IMG/VR virus record: IMGVR_UViG_2671180454_000008
Length of the DNA stretch: 10,181 nt
From: a virus
Lineage: Duplodnaviria; Heunggongvirae; Uroviricota; Caudoviricetes
Strand: one strand, 5' to 3'
Notes under the pieces: generated by a model
The model's database searches: none
Seen by the model: only the letters and a program-made list of their open reading frames with translations
Told to the model about the DNA's origin: nothing
Part shown: positions 1-7,047 of the stretch, piece after piece
Numbering within the stretch: the first letter of the stretch is position 1
Layout of the letters: each line of letters begins with the position of its first letter
Program-made: the position numbers and the translations under genes

Positions 1-120
1 GCGTTCGAGCATTATAACGAATGGCATCCGCATAGTGCACTGGGTTATCGCTCGCCACGGGAATATCTACGGCAGCAAGCCAGTAATGGGTTAAGTGATA
101 ACAGGTGTCTGGAAATATAG
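1..120 (+). CDS. insD: IS2 transposase OrfB (InsD) C-terminal fragment; 5' end lies outside the window
   Basis: Frame 1 translates to [39 protein letters not shown] with TAG at 118-120. The HSALGY-SP-EY motif is the conserved C-terminus of IS3-family transposases, and the DNA matches recalled IS2 right-end sequence. Confidence 0.8.
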   Translation, partial: AFEHYNEWHPHSALGYRSPREYLRQQASNGLSDNRCLEI

Positions 121-131
121 GGGCAAATCCA
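1..131 (+). mobile_element. IS2 right end; the IRR terminus GGGGCAAATCCA ends at 131 and the element continues left of the window
   Basis: Recalled IS2 IRR terminal sequence (reverse complement TGGATTTGCCCCTATATTTCCAGACA) matches 106-131; unrelated phage sequence starts at 132. Confidence 0.8.
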
Positions 132-235
132 GCGTTCATCAGCCCCCGCATTGCCGACAGGATCACAGACGGGGGGCGCAACTGGTTGTCGTTCAACTGG
201 CCCAGCTACCGTTCTTGTATCAGAGGTGTGGCTGC

Positions 236-1627
236 ATGACAACACCAGTCTGGCGTAATGATGACCTGGAAGGCGCTGTCATTGGCGCATTCTTTCTGCG
301 TGGGGCAGATCATGAAGTGATGGATATTCTGATCACACTACCGGCGGACATTTTTTCTGTACGAGCGTATCGGGATATCTACACAGGCATCTGCAGACAG
401 GCCCGTGTTTCAGGAGTGATTGACCCCGTGCTGTTGTGTAATGAGATGCCGGAACTTGCCCCGGTGATTACTGATACCGGGCGTAAAACCTGGGTGAAGT
501 CTTCACTGGAGCACTATGTTGCAGCGTTGCGGCGCAATGCCGCACTGCGCGATGCAGAAAAAACACTGAATGAGGCGCTGCAGAAATTACGTGATGCGCA
601 TACCTGTGAAGCAGCTGAAGATGCCCTGAAGGATGCGCAGAACATGATGGTCACACTGTCGACAGGAAAGGGCGTCATTCAGCCGGTACATATTGATGAT
701 GTGCTTCCGGAAGTGGTTGAGCGTGTTGAATGCCGGAATCAGGGGCTGGAGAAATCCAGGACGTTGATGACCGGTATTGATGAACTGGACGCAAAAACAG
801 GCGGTATGGAGCCCGGAGACCTGGTATTCATTGCCGCCCGTCCTTCGATGGGGAAAACCGAACTTGCGCTGGACATCATCGACAAGGTGACTGAGCAGGG
901 GCATGGTGTGCTTCTGTTCACCATGGAGATGGCGAACATCCAGATTGGTGAACGTATGGTGTCTGCGGCTGGAGGGATGCCAGTATCACGCCTGAAATCT
1001 GTGGCTCACTTTGAAGATGAAGACTGGGCGCGTTTCTCACAAGGGGTGGGGCGGATGACCGGGCGCAATATCTGGATGGTGGACCAGGCGAACCTGACCA
1101 TTGATGAGATATGCGCAACAACGAAACACCATCTGATTAAACATCCGGAAACGGCGCTGGTGGTGGTTGATTATCTCGGGCTGATAAAAACCCGAACCAC
1201 GGGGCGTCATGACCTTGCCGTGGGTGAAATCTCAAAGGGGCTTAAAGGCCTGGCAAAATCCGGTGGTTTTCCGTTGATTGCGCTGAGCCAGCTCTCCCGC
1301 GGTGTGGAGTCCAGACCCAATAAACGTCCCATGAACTCAGACCTGAAAAATTCCGGAGAAATAGAGGCGGATGCAGACATCATTCTGATGCTTTACAGGG
1401 ATGAAGTGTACAACCCGGATACACAGGCTACAGGCATAGCAGAAATTAATATCACGAAACAACGTAACGGTTCTCTGGGGACGATTTACCGGCGTTTTTA
1501 TAACGGACATTTTCTGCCTGTGGACCAGGAAAGCGCACAGGTTCTTTCCACCCCAATGCGGCAGCCCCAGCCGCGCAGATACAGCAATACACGTACCGAC
1601 AGCAGTAAGATGGAGCGTTTCTTTTGA
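236..1627 (+). CDS. DnaB-family replicative DNA helicase (lambdoid/P22 gene 12 type)
   Basis: Walker A motif in GDLVFIAARPSMGKTELALDI, Walker B-like ALVVVDYLGL, and DnaB-like motifs IALSQLSRGVE...RPMNSDLKNSGEIEADADIILMLYRDEVY. Start is the ATG at 236 preceded by GAGG; the six-frame ORF from 95 is an artefactual extension across the IS2 boundary. Confidence 0.9.
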   Translation: MTTPVWRNDDLEGAVIGAFFLRGADHEVMDILITLPADIFSVRAYRDIYTGICRQARVSGVIDPVLLCNEMPELAPVITDTGRKTWVKSSLEHYVAALRRNAALRDAEKTLNEALQKLRDAHTCEAAEDALKDAQNMMVTLSTGKGVIQPVHIDDVLPEVVERVECRNQGLEKSRTLMTGIDELDAKTGGMEPGDLVFIAARPSMGKTELALDIIDKVTEQGHGVLLFTMEMANIQIGERMVSAAGGMPVSRLKSVAHFEDEDWARFSQGVGRMTGRNIWMVDQANLTIDEICATTKHHLIKHPETALVVVDYLGLIKTRTTGRHDLAVGEISKGLKGLAKSGGFPLIALSQLSRGVESRPNKRPMNSDLKNSGEIEADADIILMLYRDEVYNPDTQATGIAEINITKQRNGSLGTIYRRFYNGHFLPVDQESAQVLSTPMRQPQPRRYSNTRTDSSKMERFF

Positions 1628-1638
1628 ACAACCAGACA

Positions 1639-1881
1639 ATGACTTTTACCTCTGAACAATTGCGTAAACACGCGCAGGAAATGTTGCGACAGGCGGAACA
1701 ACTGGAAAAAACAGGTGTAACAAAAGATGCCATTCGTCGGGATATGGTGCCAGCGCTCAGGGAACTGATGCAGGCGAAACATCGCGCACAAAAAGCGGTG
1801 GATGAGCTCGTTGATTGTGTGGCAGAGCTGGAAACCAAAGTTGGAAAGTTTGAAAAAATGGTGCAGGAGGTGCTGCGCTGA
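1639..1881 (+). CDS. Small hypothetical protein (about 80 aa, predicted coiled coil), nin-region; alternative TTG start at 1624
   Basis: Open frame between helicase and rusA, lysine/glutamate/glutamine-rich helical sequence; its stop overlaps the rusA start (TGATG), suggesting translational coupling. No strong RBS. Confidence 0.45.
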   Translation: MTFTSEQLRKHAQEMLRQAEQLEKTGVTKDAIRRDMVPALRELMQAKHRAQKAVDELVDCVAELETKVGKFEKMVQEVLR

Positions 1882-2252
1882 TGCGCCATGAGTTTATTTT
1901 ACCTTATCCGCCGACGGTGAATACTTACTGGCGACGTCGTGGCAGCACATATTTTGTATCAAAAGTTGGTGAGCGTTATCGCCGTGATGTGACGCTAATT
2001 GTTCGCCAGCAGCGGCTGAAATTAAACCTGTCCGGAAGGCTGGCGATAAAGATTATTGCAGAGCCACCGGATAAGCGCCGTCGTGACCTGGACAATATCC
2101 TGAAAGCACCACTGGATGCGCTGACGCATGCCGGACTACTCATAGACGACGAGCAGTTTGATGAAATCAATATTGTGCGCGGTCAGCTCGTTCCTGGTGG
2201 GCGACTGGGCGTGAAGATTTATGAAATCACAGGTGATAACGATGGCGCGTGA
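1881..2252 (+). CDS. rusA: RusA-family Holliday junction resolvase
   Basis: Conserved RusA motifs ([11 protein letters not shown]...; [19 protein letters not shown]; LIDDEQ), about 123 aa, AGGAGG RBS at 1865-1870. Confidence 0.85.
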   Translation: MRHEFILPYPPTVNTYWRRRGSTYFVSKVGERYRRDVTLIVRQQRLKLNLSGRLAIKIIAEPPDKRRRDLDNILKAPLDALTHAGLLIDDEQFDEINIVRGQLVPGGRLGVKIYEITGDNDGA

Positions 2253-2628
2253 TATTCAGCAGGTTATGGAACGGTGGGGGGCTTGGGCTGCAAACACTCA
2301 TGAAGATGTATCCTGGGCGTCGATCGCTGCTGGTTTTAAAGGGTTAATTCCGTCGAAAGTGAAATCACGCCCTCAGTGTTCTGATGATGATGCAATGATA
2401 ATTTGTGGCTGTATGGCCCGGTTGAACAAGAAAAATCAGGATTTGCACGATTTGCTGGTGGATTATTACGTAGGTGGAATGACTTTTATGAGTCTGGCAC
2501 GGAAACATGGGTGTTCGGATACCTGTATTGGCAAGCGCCTGCAGAAAGCGGAAGGGGTTATTGATGGCATGTTGATGATGCTTGATATCCGGCTGGAGAT
2601 GGACAGATACGTAGAACGAATTATGTAG
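2242..2628 (+). CDS. Late-gene antiterminator Q, phage 21 / DLP12 QuuD-like
   Basis: [35 protein letters not shown]...[14 protein letters not shown]...[10 protein letters not shown] closely resembles recalled QuuD/Q21. The start overlaps the rusA stop, and the gene sits immediately upstream of a promoter-terminator pair. Confidence 0.8.
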   Translation: MARDIQQVMERWGAWAANTHEDVSWASIAAGFKGLIPSKVKSRPQCSDDDAMIICGCMARLNKKNQDLHDLLVDYYVGGMTFMSLARKHGCSDTCIGKRLQKAEGVIDGMLMMLDIRLEMDRYVERIM

Positions 2629-2632
2629 GTGC

Positions 2633-2662
2633 TTGACCAGACACATTGTCCGGGGCTATATT
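2633..2662 (+). promoter_or_regulatory. Candidate late promoter PR' (TTGACC-N18-TATATT) with the Q-utilisation region expected nearby
   Basis: -35 TTGACC at 2633-2638 and -10 TATATT at 2657-2662, starting 5 nt after the Q stop codon; this is the canonical lambdoid PR' position. Confidence 0.4.
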
Positions 2663-2723
2663 CCTCACGCGCCAGCAAAATCTGGCGTCGGGATTGGAAC
2701 CCCGGATAGAGACCGCGACAGAC

Positions 2724-2748
2724 ACACGCCGCGAGCGTGTTTTTTATT
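2724..2748 (+). terminator. Candidate tR' intrinsic terminator
   Basis: Hairpin ACACGC-cgcga-GCGTGT followed by TTTTTATT, about 75-80 nt downstream of the putative PR' start site. Confidence 0.45.
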
Positions 2749-2873
2749 GTCGTATGCACGCGCACATCTGAATTATGGTGGGGCGCATGGGGGAGCTGAA
2801 AAGCTCGCCGGTCGGTTTCCCGGTAGTTCCAACCCTGTGCGTCTCACCACCCGATGATTGGAACCTGACGGTG

Positions 2874-2902
2874 TTGACAGTTTCAGGTTTGCAGTTTACA
2901 TT
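2874..2902 (+). promoter_or_regulatory. Candidate sigma70 promoter (TTGACA-N17-TACATT) upstream of the ORF6N-domain gene
   Basis: Perfect -35 TTGACA at 2874-2879, 17-nt spacer, -10 TACATT at 2897-2902. Confidence 0.35.
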
Positions 2903-3108
2903 TCCCCGCGGTGCTCAAAACACCTCGAAAGCGGTATCCACACCCGATAGCCATGTGGTTTTTTTGTGTCCAGAATTCTTGGTTTATGACCGGGTGTGCG
3001 GCTAATACAATACCAGCAATGGAAATACGCCCGCCGACTTTCGACGGTTTTGAGCGCCCGGTCACCCTCTCAAAAGGGGTAAATCAAAATATTCGAAAGG
3101 ACATGTCT

Positions 3109-3672
3109 ATGAATCGCACGTCTATTGAAAAACTCCCGTCACTTACGCATAACCATCTTCCTGTCATGACAACAGAGCTGCTGGCTGATTTGTACGGAAC
3201 AGAGCGCCAGCGTTTGACAAACAATTTCAATCGAAACAAAGAACGGTTTATAGAAGGTAAACATTTTTTCCTGATAGAAGGTGATGCGTTACGAGAGTTG
3301 AAGAACGAAAACTCTTTAAGAGTTTCTGTGAAAATTGCCCGTAACGTTCGCTCCCTCATCCTCTGGACAGAACGTGGCGCAGCCCGTCACGCCAAAATGC
3401 TCGAAACCGATCAGGCGTGGGAAGTGTTCGAAAAACTGGAAGACTGTTATTTCAACCAGAAACAGCCACCAGCGGCACAAAACACATCTATCGAAAATGA
3501 TGGATGCGCATTACTGAGCCACTTCGATAAACACGGTCAGGTTGAGTTCACGGAAAAGGTACCCGCCGATGCGATGGTATGTACTCTGGAACGGTTTAAA
3601 TTTTATCTGGAGCAACACGGGTGGATCGTTGCCCGTAAAGAGCAACTGGTGGAGCGGTTGATGCGGTTTTAA
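3109..3672 (+). CDS. ORF6N-domain (Bro-N/antirepressor-like DNA-binding) protein with a C-terminal region of unknown function; cargo gene downstream of PR'
   Basis: LADLYGTERQRLTNNFNRNKERFIEGKHFFLIEGDALRELK...ILWTERGAARHAKMLETDQAWEVFEKLEDCYF fits the ORF6N domain pattern as recalled. Start chosen at ATG 3109 (AAAGGA RBS at 3096-3101; alternative ATG at 3103). The GTG at 2911 is rejected as an extension. Confidence 0.65.
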   Translation: MNRTSIEKLPSLTHNHLPVMTTELLADLYGTERQRLTNNFNRNKERFIEGKHFFLIEGDALRELKNENSLRVSVKIARNVRSLILWTERGAARHAKMLETDQAWEVFEKLEDCYFNQKQPPAAQNTSIENDGCALLSHFDKHGQVEFTEKVPADAMVCTLERFKFYLEQHGWIVARKEQLVERLMRF

Positions 3673-3689
3673 AAATTTTTTCCGAAAAC

Positions 3690-3703
3690 TTTACGATCGT
3701 AAA
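3690..3703. repeat. 14-bp perfect palindrome TTTACGATCGTAAA just downstream of the ORF6N-domain gene
   Basis: Self-complementary 14-mer read directly from the sequence; an identical copy lies at 8551-8564. Confidence 0.6.
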
Positions 3704-3747
3704 AAGTTGAATATCCTGTTAAGAGTGGTTACTACGCCACACAGCTT

Positions 3748-3773
3748 AAACCCGCCGATGAGCGGGTTTTTTT
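3748..3773 (+). terminator. Intrinsic terminator
   Basis: Stem AAACCCGC / GCGGGTTT with loop cgatga, followed by a T-run. Confidence 0.55.
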
Positions 3774-3823
3774 ATACCTGAAAAACGGCACAGGACGTTA
3801 AACGTGCTGGTGGTCAGATGAGT

Positions 3824-3852
3824 TTGCAGATGTGATGACATATGGTTATTAT
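3824..3852 (+). promoter_or_regulatory. Candidate promoter for the tRNA gene (TTGCAG-N17-TATTAT)
   Basis: -10 TATTAT ends about 10 nt upstream of the tRNA 5' end; the element is conserved in all three copies of the tRNA leader. Confidence 0.4.
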
Positions 3853-3861
3853 TCTGCCTCC

Positions 3862-3938
3862 GGCCCTTTAGCTCAGTTGGTCAGAGCGAGCGACTCATAA
3901 TCGCCAGGTCGCTGGTTCAAGTCCAGCAAGGGCCACCA
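3862..3938 (+). tRNA. tRNA with CAU anticodon, ileX/ileZ-like (tRNA-Ile2; gene finders may call it Met)
   Basis: Cloverleaf parsed by hand: 7-bp acceptor GGCCCTT/AAGGGCC, D-arm GCTC..GAGC, anticodon loop CTCATAA, T-loop TTCAAGT, encoded CCA. Near-identical to recalled E. coli ileX. Confidence 0.85.
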
Positions 3939-3992
3939 AATCATTATTTACGTATCAGGAAGAGTTAAGGGTACAAGGGGTACTCGATGGCG

Positions 3993-4013
3993 NNNNNNNN
4001 NNNNNNNNNNNNN
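3993..4013. other. Assembly gap (21 N) covering the left IS1 junction
   Basis: Run of N in the sequence. Confidence 1.
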
Positions 4014-4018
4014 CCAAC

Positions 4019-4522
4019 TTATTGATAGTGTTTTATGTTCAGATAATGCCCGATGACTTTGTCATGCAGCTCCACCGATTTTGAGAACGACAGCGACTTC
4101 CGTCCCAGCCGTGCCAGGTGCTGCCTCAGATTCAGGTTATGCCGCTCAATTCGCTGCGTATATCGCTTGCTGATTACGTGCAGCTTTCCCTTCAGGCGGG
4201 ATTCATACAGCGGCCAGCCATCCGTCATCCATATCACCACGTCAAAGGGTGACAGCAGGCTCATAAGACGCCCCAGCGTCGCCATAGTGCGTTCACCGAA
4301 TACGTGCGCAACAACCGTCTTCCGGAGACTGTCATACGCGTAAAACAGCCAGCGCTGGCGCGATTTAGCCCCGACATAGCCCCACTGTTCGTCCATTTCC
4401 GCGCAGACGATGACGTCACTGCCCGGCTGTATGCGCGAGGTTACCGACTGCGGCCTGAGTTTTTTAAGTGACGTAAAATCGTGTTGAGGCCAACGCCCAT
4501 AATGCGTGCAGTTGCCCGGCAT
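4019..4522 (-). CDS. insB: IS1 InsB (InsAB' transposase is made by -1 frameshifting)
   Basis: 167 aa, [58 protein letters not shown]..., matches InsB. Confidence 0.9.
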
Positions 4523-4716
4523 CCAACGCCATTCATGGCCATATCAATGATTTTCTGGTGCGTACCGGGTTGAGAAGCGGTGTAAGTGAACTGCAGTTGC
4601 CATGTTTTACGGCAGTGAGAGCAGAGATAGCGCTGATGTCCGGCAGTGCTTTTGCCGTTACGCACCACCCCGTCAGTAGCTGAACAGGAGGGACAGCTGA
4701 TAGAAACAGAAGCCAC
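4441..4716 (-). CDS. insA: IS1 InsA
   Basis: 91 aa, [43 protein letters not shown]..., matches InsA. Confidence 0.9.
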
Positions 4717-4822
4717 TGGAGCACCTCAAAAACACGATCATACACTAAATCAGTAAGTTGGCAGCATCACCTTTTGTCTCTATGTTGATATAACCGTTTG
4801 TACTTATAAACCTGGAGGCATC

Positions 4823-5035
4823 GTGGAAAAAATAAAGAAACTATTTAGTAGTAAATACGCAGTCATACGTCGTGATGACCTGTCAGTTATAGTCGAAATG
4901 GATTACTTCCCTGAAACCAAAAAATCAATGATGTATCGTAATGGTCGAAAGGCAATTTTTTTACCGATGAGGGTAAGTGACATTATGGGAAATGATAAAC
5001 TGCTGGATGAATTGCGAGTCAGAGCATCCTGTTAG
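4823..5035 (+). CDS. Hypothetical small protein (70 aa from the GTG start); may instead be the 3' remnant of a gene disrupted by IS1
   Basis: GGAGG RBS at 4814-4818 and GTG at 4823; however the same frame is open upstream through the IS1 boundary at 4772. Confidence 0.35.
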   Translation: MEKIKKLFSSKYAVIRRDDLSVIVEMDYFPETKKSMMYRNGRKAIFLPMRVSDIMGNDKLLDELRVRASC

Positions 5036-5106
5036 TATTGGCATTAATTCTGGTATACTACATAACGGGCTGAACACCCATTCTACTGCGCCAGCGGAGA
5101 ACTACG

Positions 5107-5706
5107 ATGGCGCATATACAACTGATCAAACAAACCTCTTCCGGATTACTTCTCCCGGCGACGCCGGAGAGTTGCGATTTTCTGCATCAAATCAAAACAG
5201 GTGAGTGGATACACGCAGACTTTAAGCGTGTGCGTAACTACGCATTCCACAAGCGTTTTTTCAAACTCCTGCAACTGGGTTTCGATTACTGGACTCCGGT
5301 CGGTGGGGCGATCACGCCTCGCGAACGAGAACTGCTGTCTGGTTTCGTTGATTACCTGTGCGAATCAGTAGGTCGGGAACATACGCCAGCTCTGAGCGAA
5401 GCCGCAGAGCAATATCTGAATACAGTTGCGACACGCAGAACCCGGGATACGGCATTGCTAAAGTCGTTTGAGGCTTTTCGCGAGTGGGTAACCATTCAGG
5501 CTGGATTTTACACCGAACATTTTTATCCGGACGGTAGCCGCGGGCGTCGGGCAAAATCCATCGCTTTTGCGAATATGGACGAAACCGAGTTTCAGCAGGT
5601 TTATAAATCTGTTCTGAATGTGCTGTGGAACTGGATTCTGTTCCGTAAATTTTCCTCTCCGGAACAAGTCGAAAATGTGGCCGCGCAGCTGCTGGAGTTT
5701 GCGTAA
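5107..5706 (+). CDS. Conserved lambdoid nin-region protein (DUF1367-like, tentative)
   Basis: 199-aa ORF with GGAG RBS; its stop overlaps the start of the downstream YbcO-like gene (TAATG); synteny with the YbcO-Q block. The family name is from memory and not verified. Confidence 0.55.
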   Translation: MAHIQLIKQTSSGLLLPATPESCDFLHQIKTGEWIHADFKRVRNYAFHKRFFKLLQLGFDYWTPVGGAITPRERELLSGFVDYLCESVGREHTPALSEAAEQYLNTVATRRTRDTALLKSFEAFREWVTIQAGFYTEHFYPDGSRGRRAKSIAFANMDETEFQQVYKSVLNVLWNWILFRKFSSPEQVENVAAQLLEFA

Positions 5707-5996
5707 TGGTGGATTTACGTAAAGCGGCGCGGGGGCAGATGTGCACCGTCAGAATTCCTGGCTACTGCAATCACGATCCGGAAACGTCTGTGCTGGCGCA
5801 TTACCGACTGGCGGGAACGTGCGGAACAGCGATAAAGCCACACGATATGCAGGCAGCGATTGCCTGTAGCTCGTGCCACGATTTAATCGACGGGCGGGTA
5901 AAAACCAGCGATTACACCAAAGAAGAATTACGCCTGATGCATGCAGAAGGTGTTTTTCGCACACAAGAAATCTGGAGAAAGGAGGGATATTTATGA
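5706..5996 (+). CDS. ybcO: YbcO-like protein (DUF1364; putative metal-binding nuclease of lambdoid nin regions)
   Basis: MVDLRKAARGQMCTVRIPGYCNHDPETSVLAH...GTCGT...IACSSCHDLID closely resembles recalled DLP12 YbcO, including the conserved cysteines and histidines. Confidence 0.8.
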   Translation: MVDLRKAARGQMCTVRIPGYCNHDPETSVLAHYRLAGTCGTAIKPHDMQAAIACSSCHDLIDGRVKTSDYTKEELRLMHAEGVFRTQEIWRKEGYL

Positions 5997-6547
5997 TTTA
6001 CCCAACGAATACAGGAAAAAGCGGAGAACACCTTCGTCTCACCACGCTGGAAAGTGTCTGGATTCAGGGAAAACTACGTATGTGGGGGCGCTGGTCGTAT
6101 ATTGGTGGCGGTAAGACGGGGAATATGTTTAACCTGATGTTGACCTCTAAAAAGCTGACAAAAACGGCAATTAACGAGGCGCTCCGGAGGATGAAAAAAG
6201 CAGGTCTGAACAAGTCTGAACTTGAGGCTTTTTTGCGGGATATGATTAACGGTAAGCAAAAGAGCTGGCTGGCGCATTGTACTGATGCAGAGGCGTTATG
6301 TATTGATCGGGTCATAAGTGAGGTGCTGGCAGAGCATCCAGGATTGATTAGCGTCCTTCGGCAACGGTATGAGGGGCGGGGGATGACCAAACGCAAAATG
6401 GCTGAACTGCTGAATGATGCACACCCGAAATGGAGTTTAAGAACCTGTGAAAGACGCATTGAGCATTGGCTAAAGGTGGCAGAATTTATTTTGTACAAAC
6501 CAATGGTTATGGCTTTTGGTATAGAGAAAAAAGTTATTGCTTTTTGA
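5993..6547 (+). CDS. Putative second late antiterminator (Q-like), a different family from the first Q
   Basis: 184 aa; AAGGAGGG RBS at 5979-5986; ATGA overlap with ybcO; positioned directly upstream of a terminator and tRNA array as Q genes are. Sequence similarity to a specific Q family was not verified. Confidence 0.5.
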   Translation: MIYPTNTGKSGEHLRLTTLESVWIQGKLRMWGRWSYIGGGKTGNMFNLMLTSKKLTKTAINEALRRMKKAGLNKSELEAFLRDMINGKQKSWLAHCTDAEALCIDRVISEVLAEHPGLISVLRQRYEGRGMTKRKMAELLNDAHPKWSLRTCERRIEHWLKVAEFILYKPMVMAFGIEKKVIAF

Positions 6548-6624
6548 CGTAAAAACTGCTTCAATTCTTGTACGCTTCGCAAAGCTGTACCGCGAGGCGA
6601 ATAGCAGACATGGACATTTGAAAG

Positions 6625-6648
6625 AGCCCGCTTTATGCGGGTTTTTTT
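6625..6648 (+). terminator. Intrinsic terminator downstream of the Q-like gene
   Basis: Stem AGCCCGC / GCGGGTT with loop tttat, followed by seven T's. Confidence 0.55.
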
Positions 6649-6698
6649 ATACCTGAAAAACGGCACAGGACGTTAAACGTGCTGGTGGTCAGATGAGT

Positions 6699-6727
6699 TT
6701 GCAGATGTGATGACATATGGTTATTAT
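6699..6727 (+). promoter_or_regulatory. Candidate promoter of the tRNA array (TTGCAG-N17-TATTAT)
   Basis: Same conserved leader as at 3824-3852. Confidence 0.4.
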
Positions 6728-6736
6728 TCTGCCTCC

Positions 6737-6813
6737 GGCCCTTTAGCTCAGTTGGTCAGAGCGAGCGACTCATAATCGCCAGGTCGCTGGTTCAAGTCCA
6801 GCAAGGGCCACCA
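6737..6813 (+). tRNA. tRNA CAU anticodon (Ile2/Met, ileZ-like)
   Basis: Identical to the tRNA at 3862-3938. Confidence 0.85.
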
Positions 6814-6814
6814 A

Positions 6815-6891
6815 CCACCACTAGCTCATCCGGATAGAGCATCAACCTTCTAAGTTGACGGTGCGAGGTTCGAGTCCTCGGTGGTGGGCCA
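6815..6891 (+). tRNA. tRNA-Arg (UCU anticodon, decodes AGA)
   Basis: Acceptor CCACCAC/GTGGTGG, D-arm GCTC/GAGC, anticodon stem TCAAC/GTTGA with loop CTTCTAA, T-arm CGAGG-TTCGAGT-CCTCG, encoded CCA; unusual C1-G72 pair. Confidence 0.75.
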
Positions 6892-6893
6892 GC

Positions 6894-6969
<76 letters not shown>

Positions 6970-6972
6970 TAT

Positions 6973-7047
<75 letters not shown>

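Larger units (their letters stand above)
3508..3939 (+). repeat. Direct repeat copy 1 (432 bp), identical to 8369-8800
   Basis: Base-by-base comparison; it contains the ORF6N gene 3' end, terminator, tRNA leader and tRNA-CAU. Confidence 0.9.
4004..4771 (-). mobile_element. IS1 (768 bp, complete apart from 10 terminal nt hidden in the N-gap)
   Basis: Matches recalled IS1 along its length: the right terminus GGTGATGCTGCCAACTTACTGAT appears as its reverse complement ending at 4771, and the left terminus ...CACTATCAATAAGTTGG emerges from the gap at 4014. Confidence 0.9.

Noticed and set aside
95-235. N-terminal 47 codons of the six-frame ORF 95-1627, which would make a 510-aa helicase
   Set aside because: This stretch crosses the IS2 terminus at 131 and has low-complexity, non-helicase sequence; the DnaB-like N-domain begins after the ATG at 236, which has a GAGG RBS.
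587-1889. Minus-strand ORFs inside the helicase gene (587-904, 739-939, 918-1121, 1337-1639, 1452-1889, 1498-1791)
   Set aside because: Shadow ORFs antisense to a well-supported helicase CDS, with no start context and Ser/Cys/Arg-rich translations.
2633-3005. ORFs 2633-2857, 2775-3005 and minus-strand 2883-3065 in the Q-ORF6N intergenic region
   Set aside because: They overlap the predicted promoter and terminator signals, lack an RBS, and are Gly/Arg/Pro-rich; more plausibly a non-coding regulatory region.
2911-3108. GTG-initiated 253-aa version of the ORF6N-domain protein
   Set aside because: No RBS; the extension is Trp/Cys-rich and unprotein-like, and starts at the predicted transcription start site of the upstream promoter. 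ATG 3109 with an AAAGGA RBS is preferred.
3491-3520. Possible homology between the IS600 OrfA N-terminus (LENQLSIS) and the ORF6N protein (IENDGCALL) at the fusion point, which might suggest homologous recombination
   Set aside because: Only a TCGAAA hexamer is shared and it is out of register; the breakpoint shows no real microhomology.
4053-4745. Plus-strand ORF 4053-4343 and minus-strand ORF 4533-4745 inside IS1
   Set aside because: IS1 encodes only InsA and InsB (and the InsAB' fusion) on the minus strand; these are overlapping frame artefacts.
5312-6666. Minus-strand ORFs 5312-5746, 5458-5667, 5749-5964, 6064-6666 and 6074-6277
   Set aside because: Antisense to the DUF1367-like, YbcO-like and Q-like genes, which have RBSs and translational-coupling overlaps; judged spurious.
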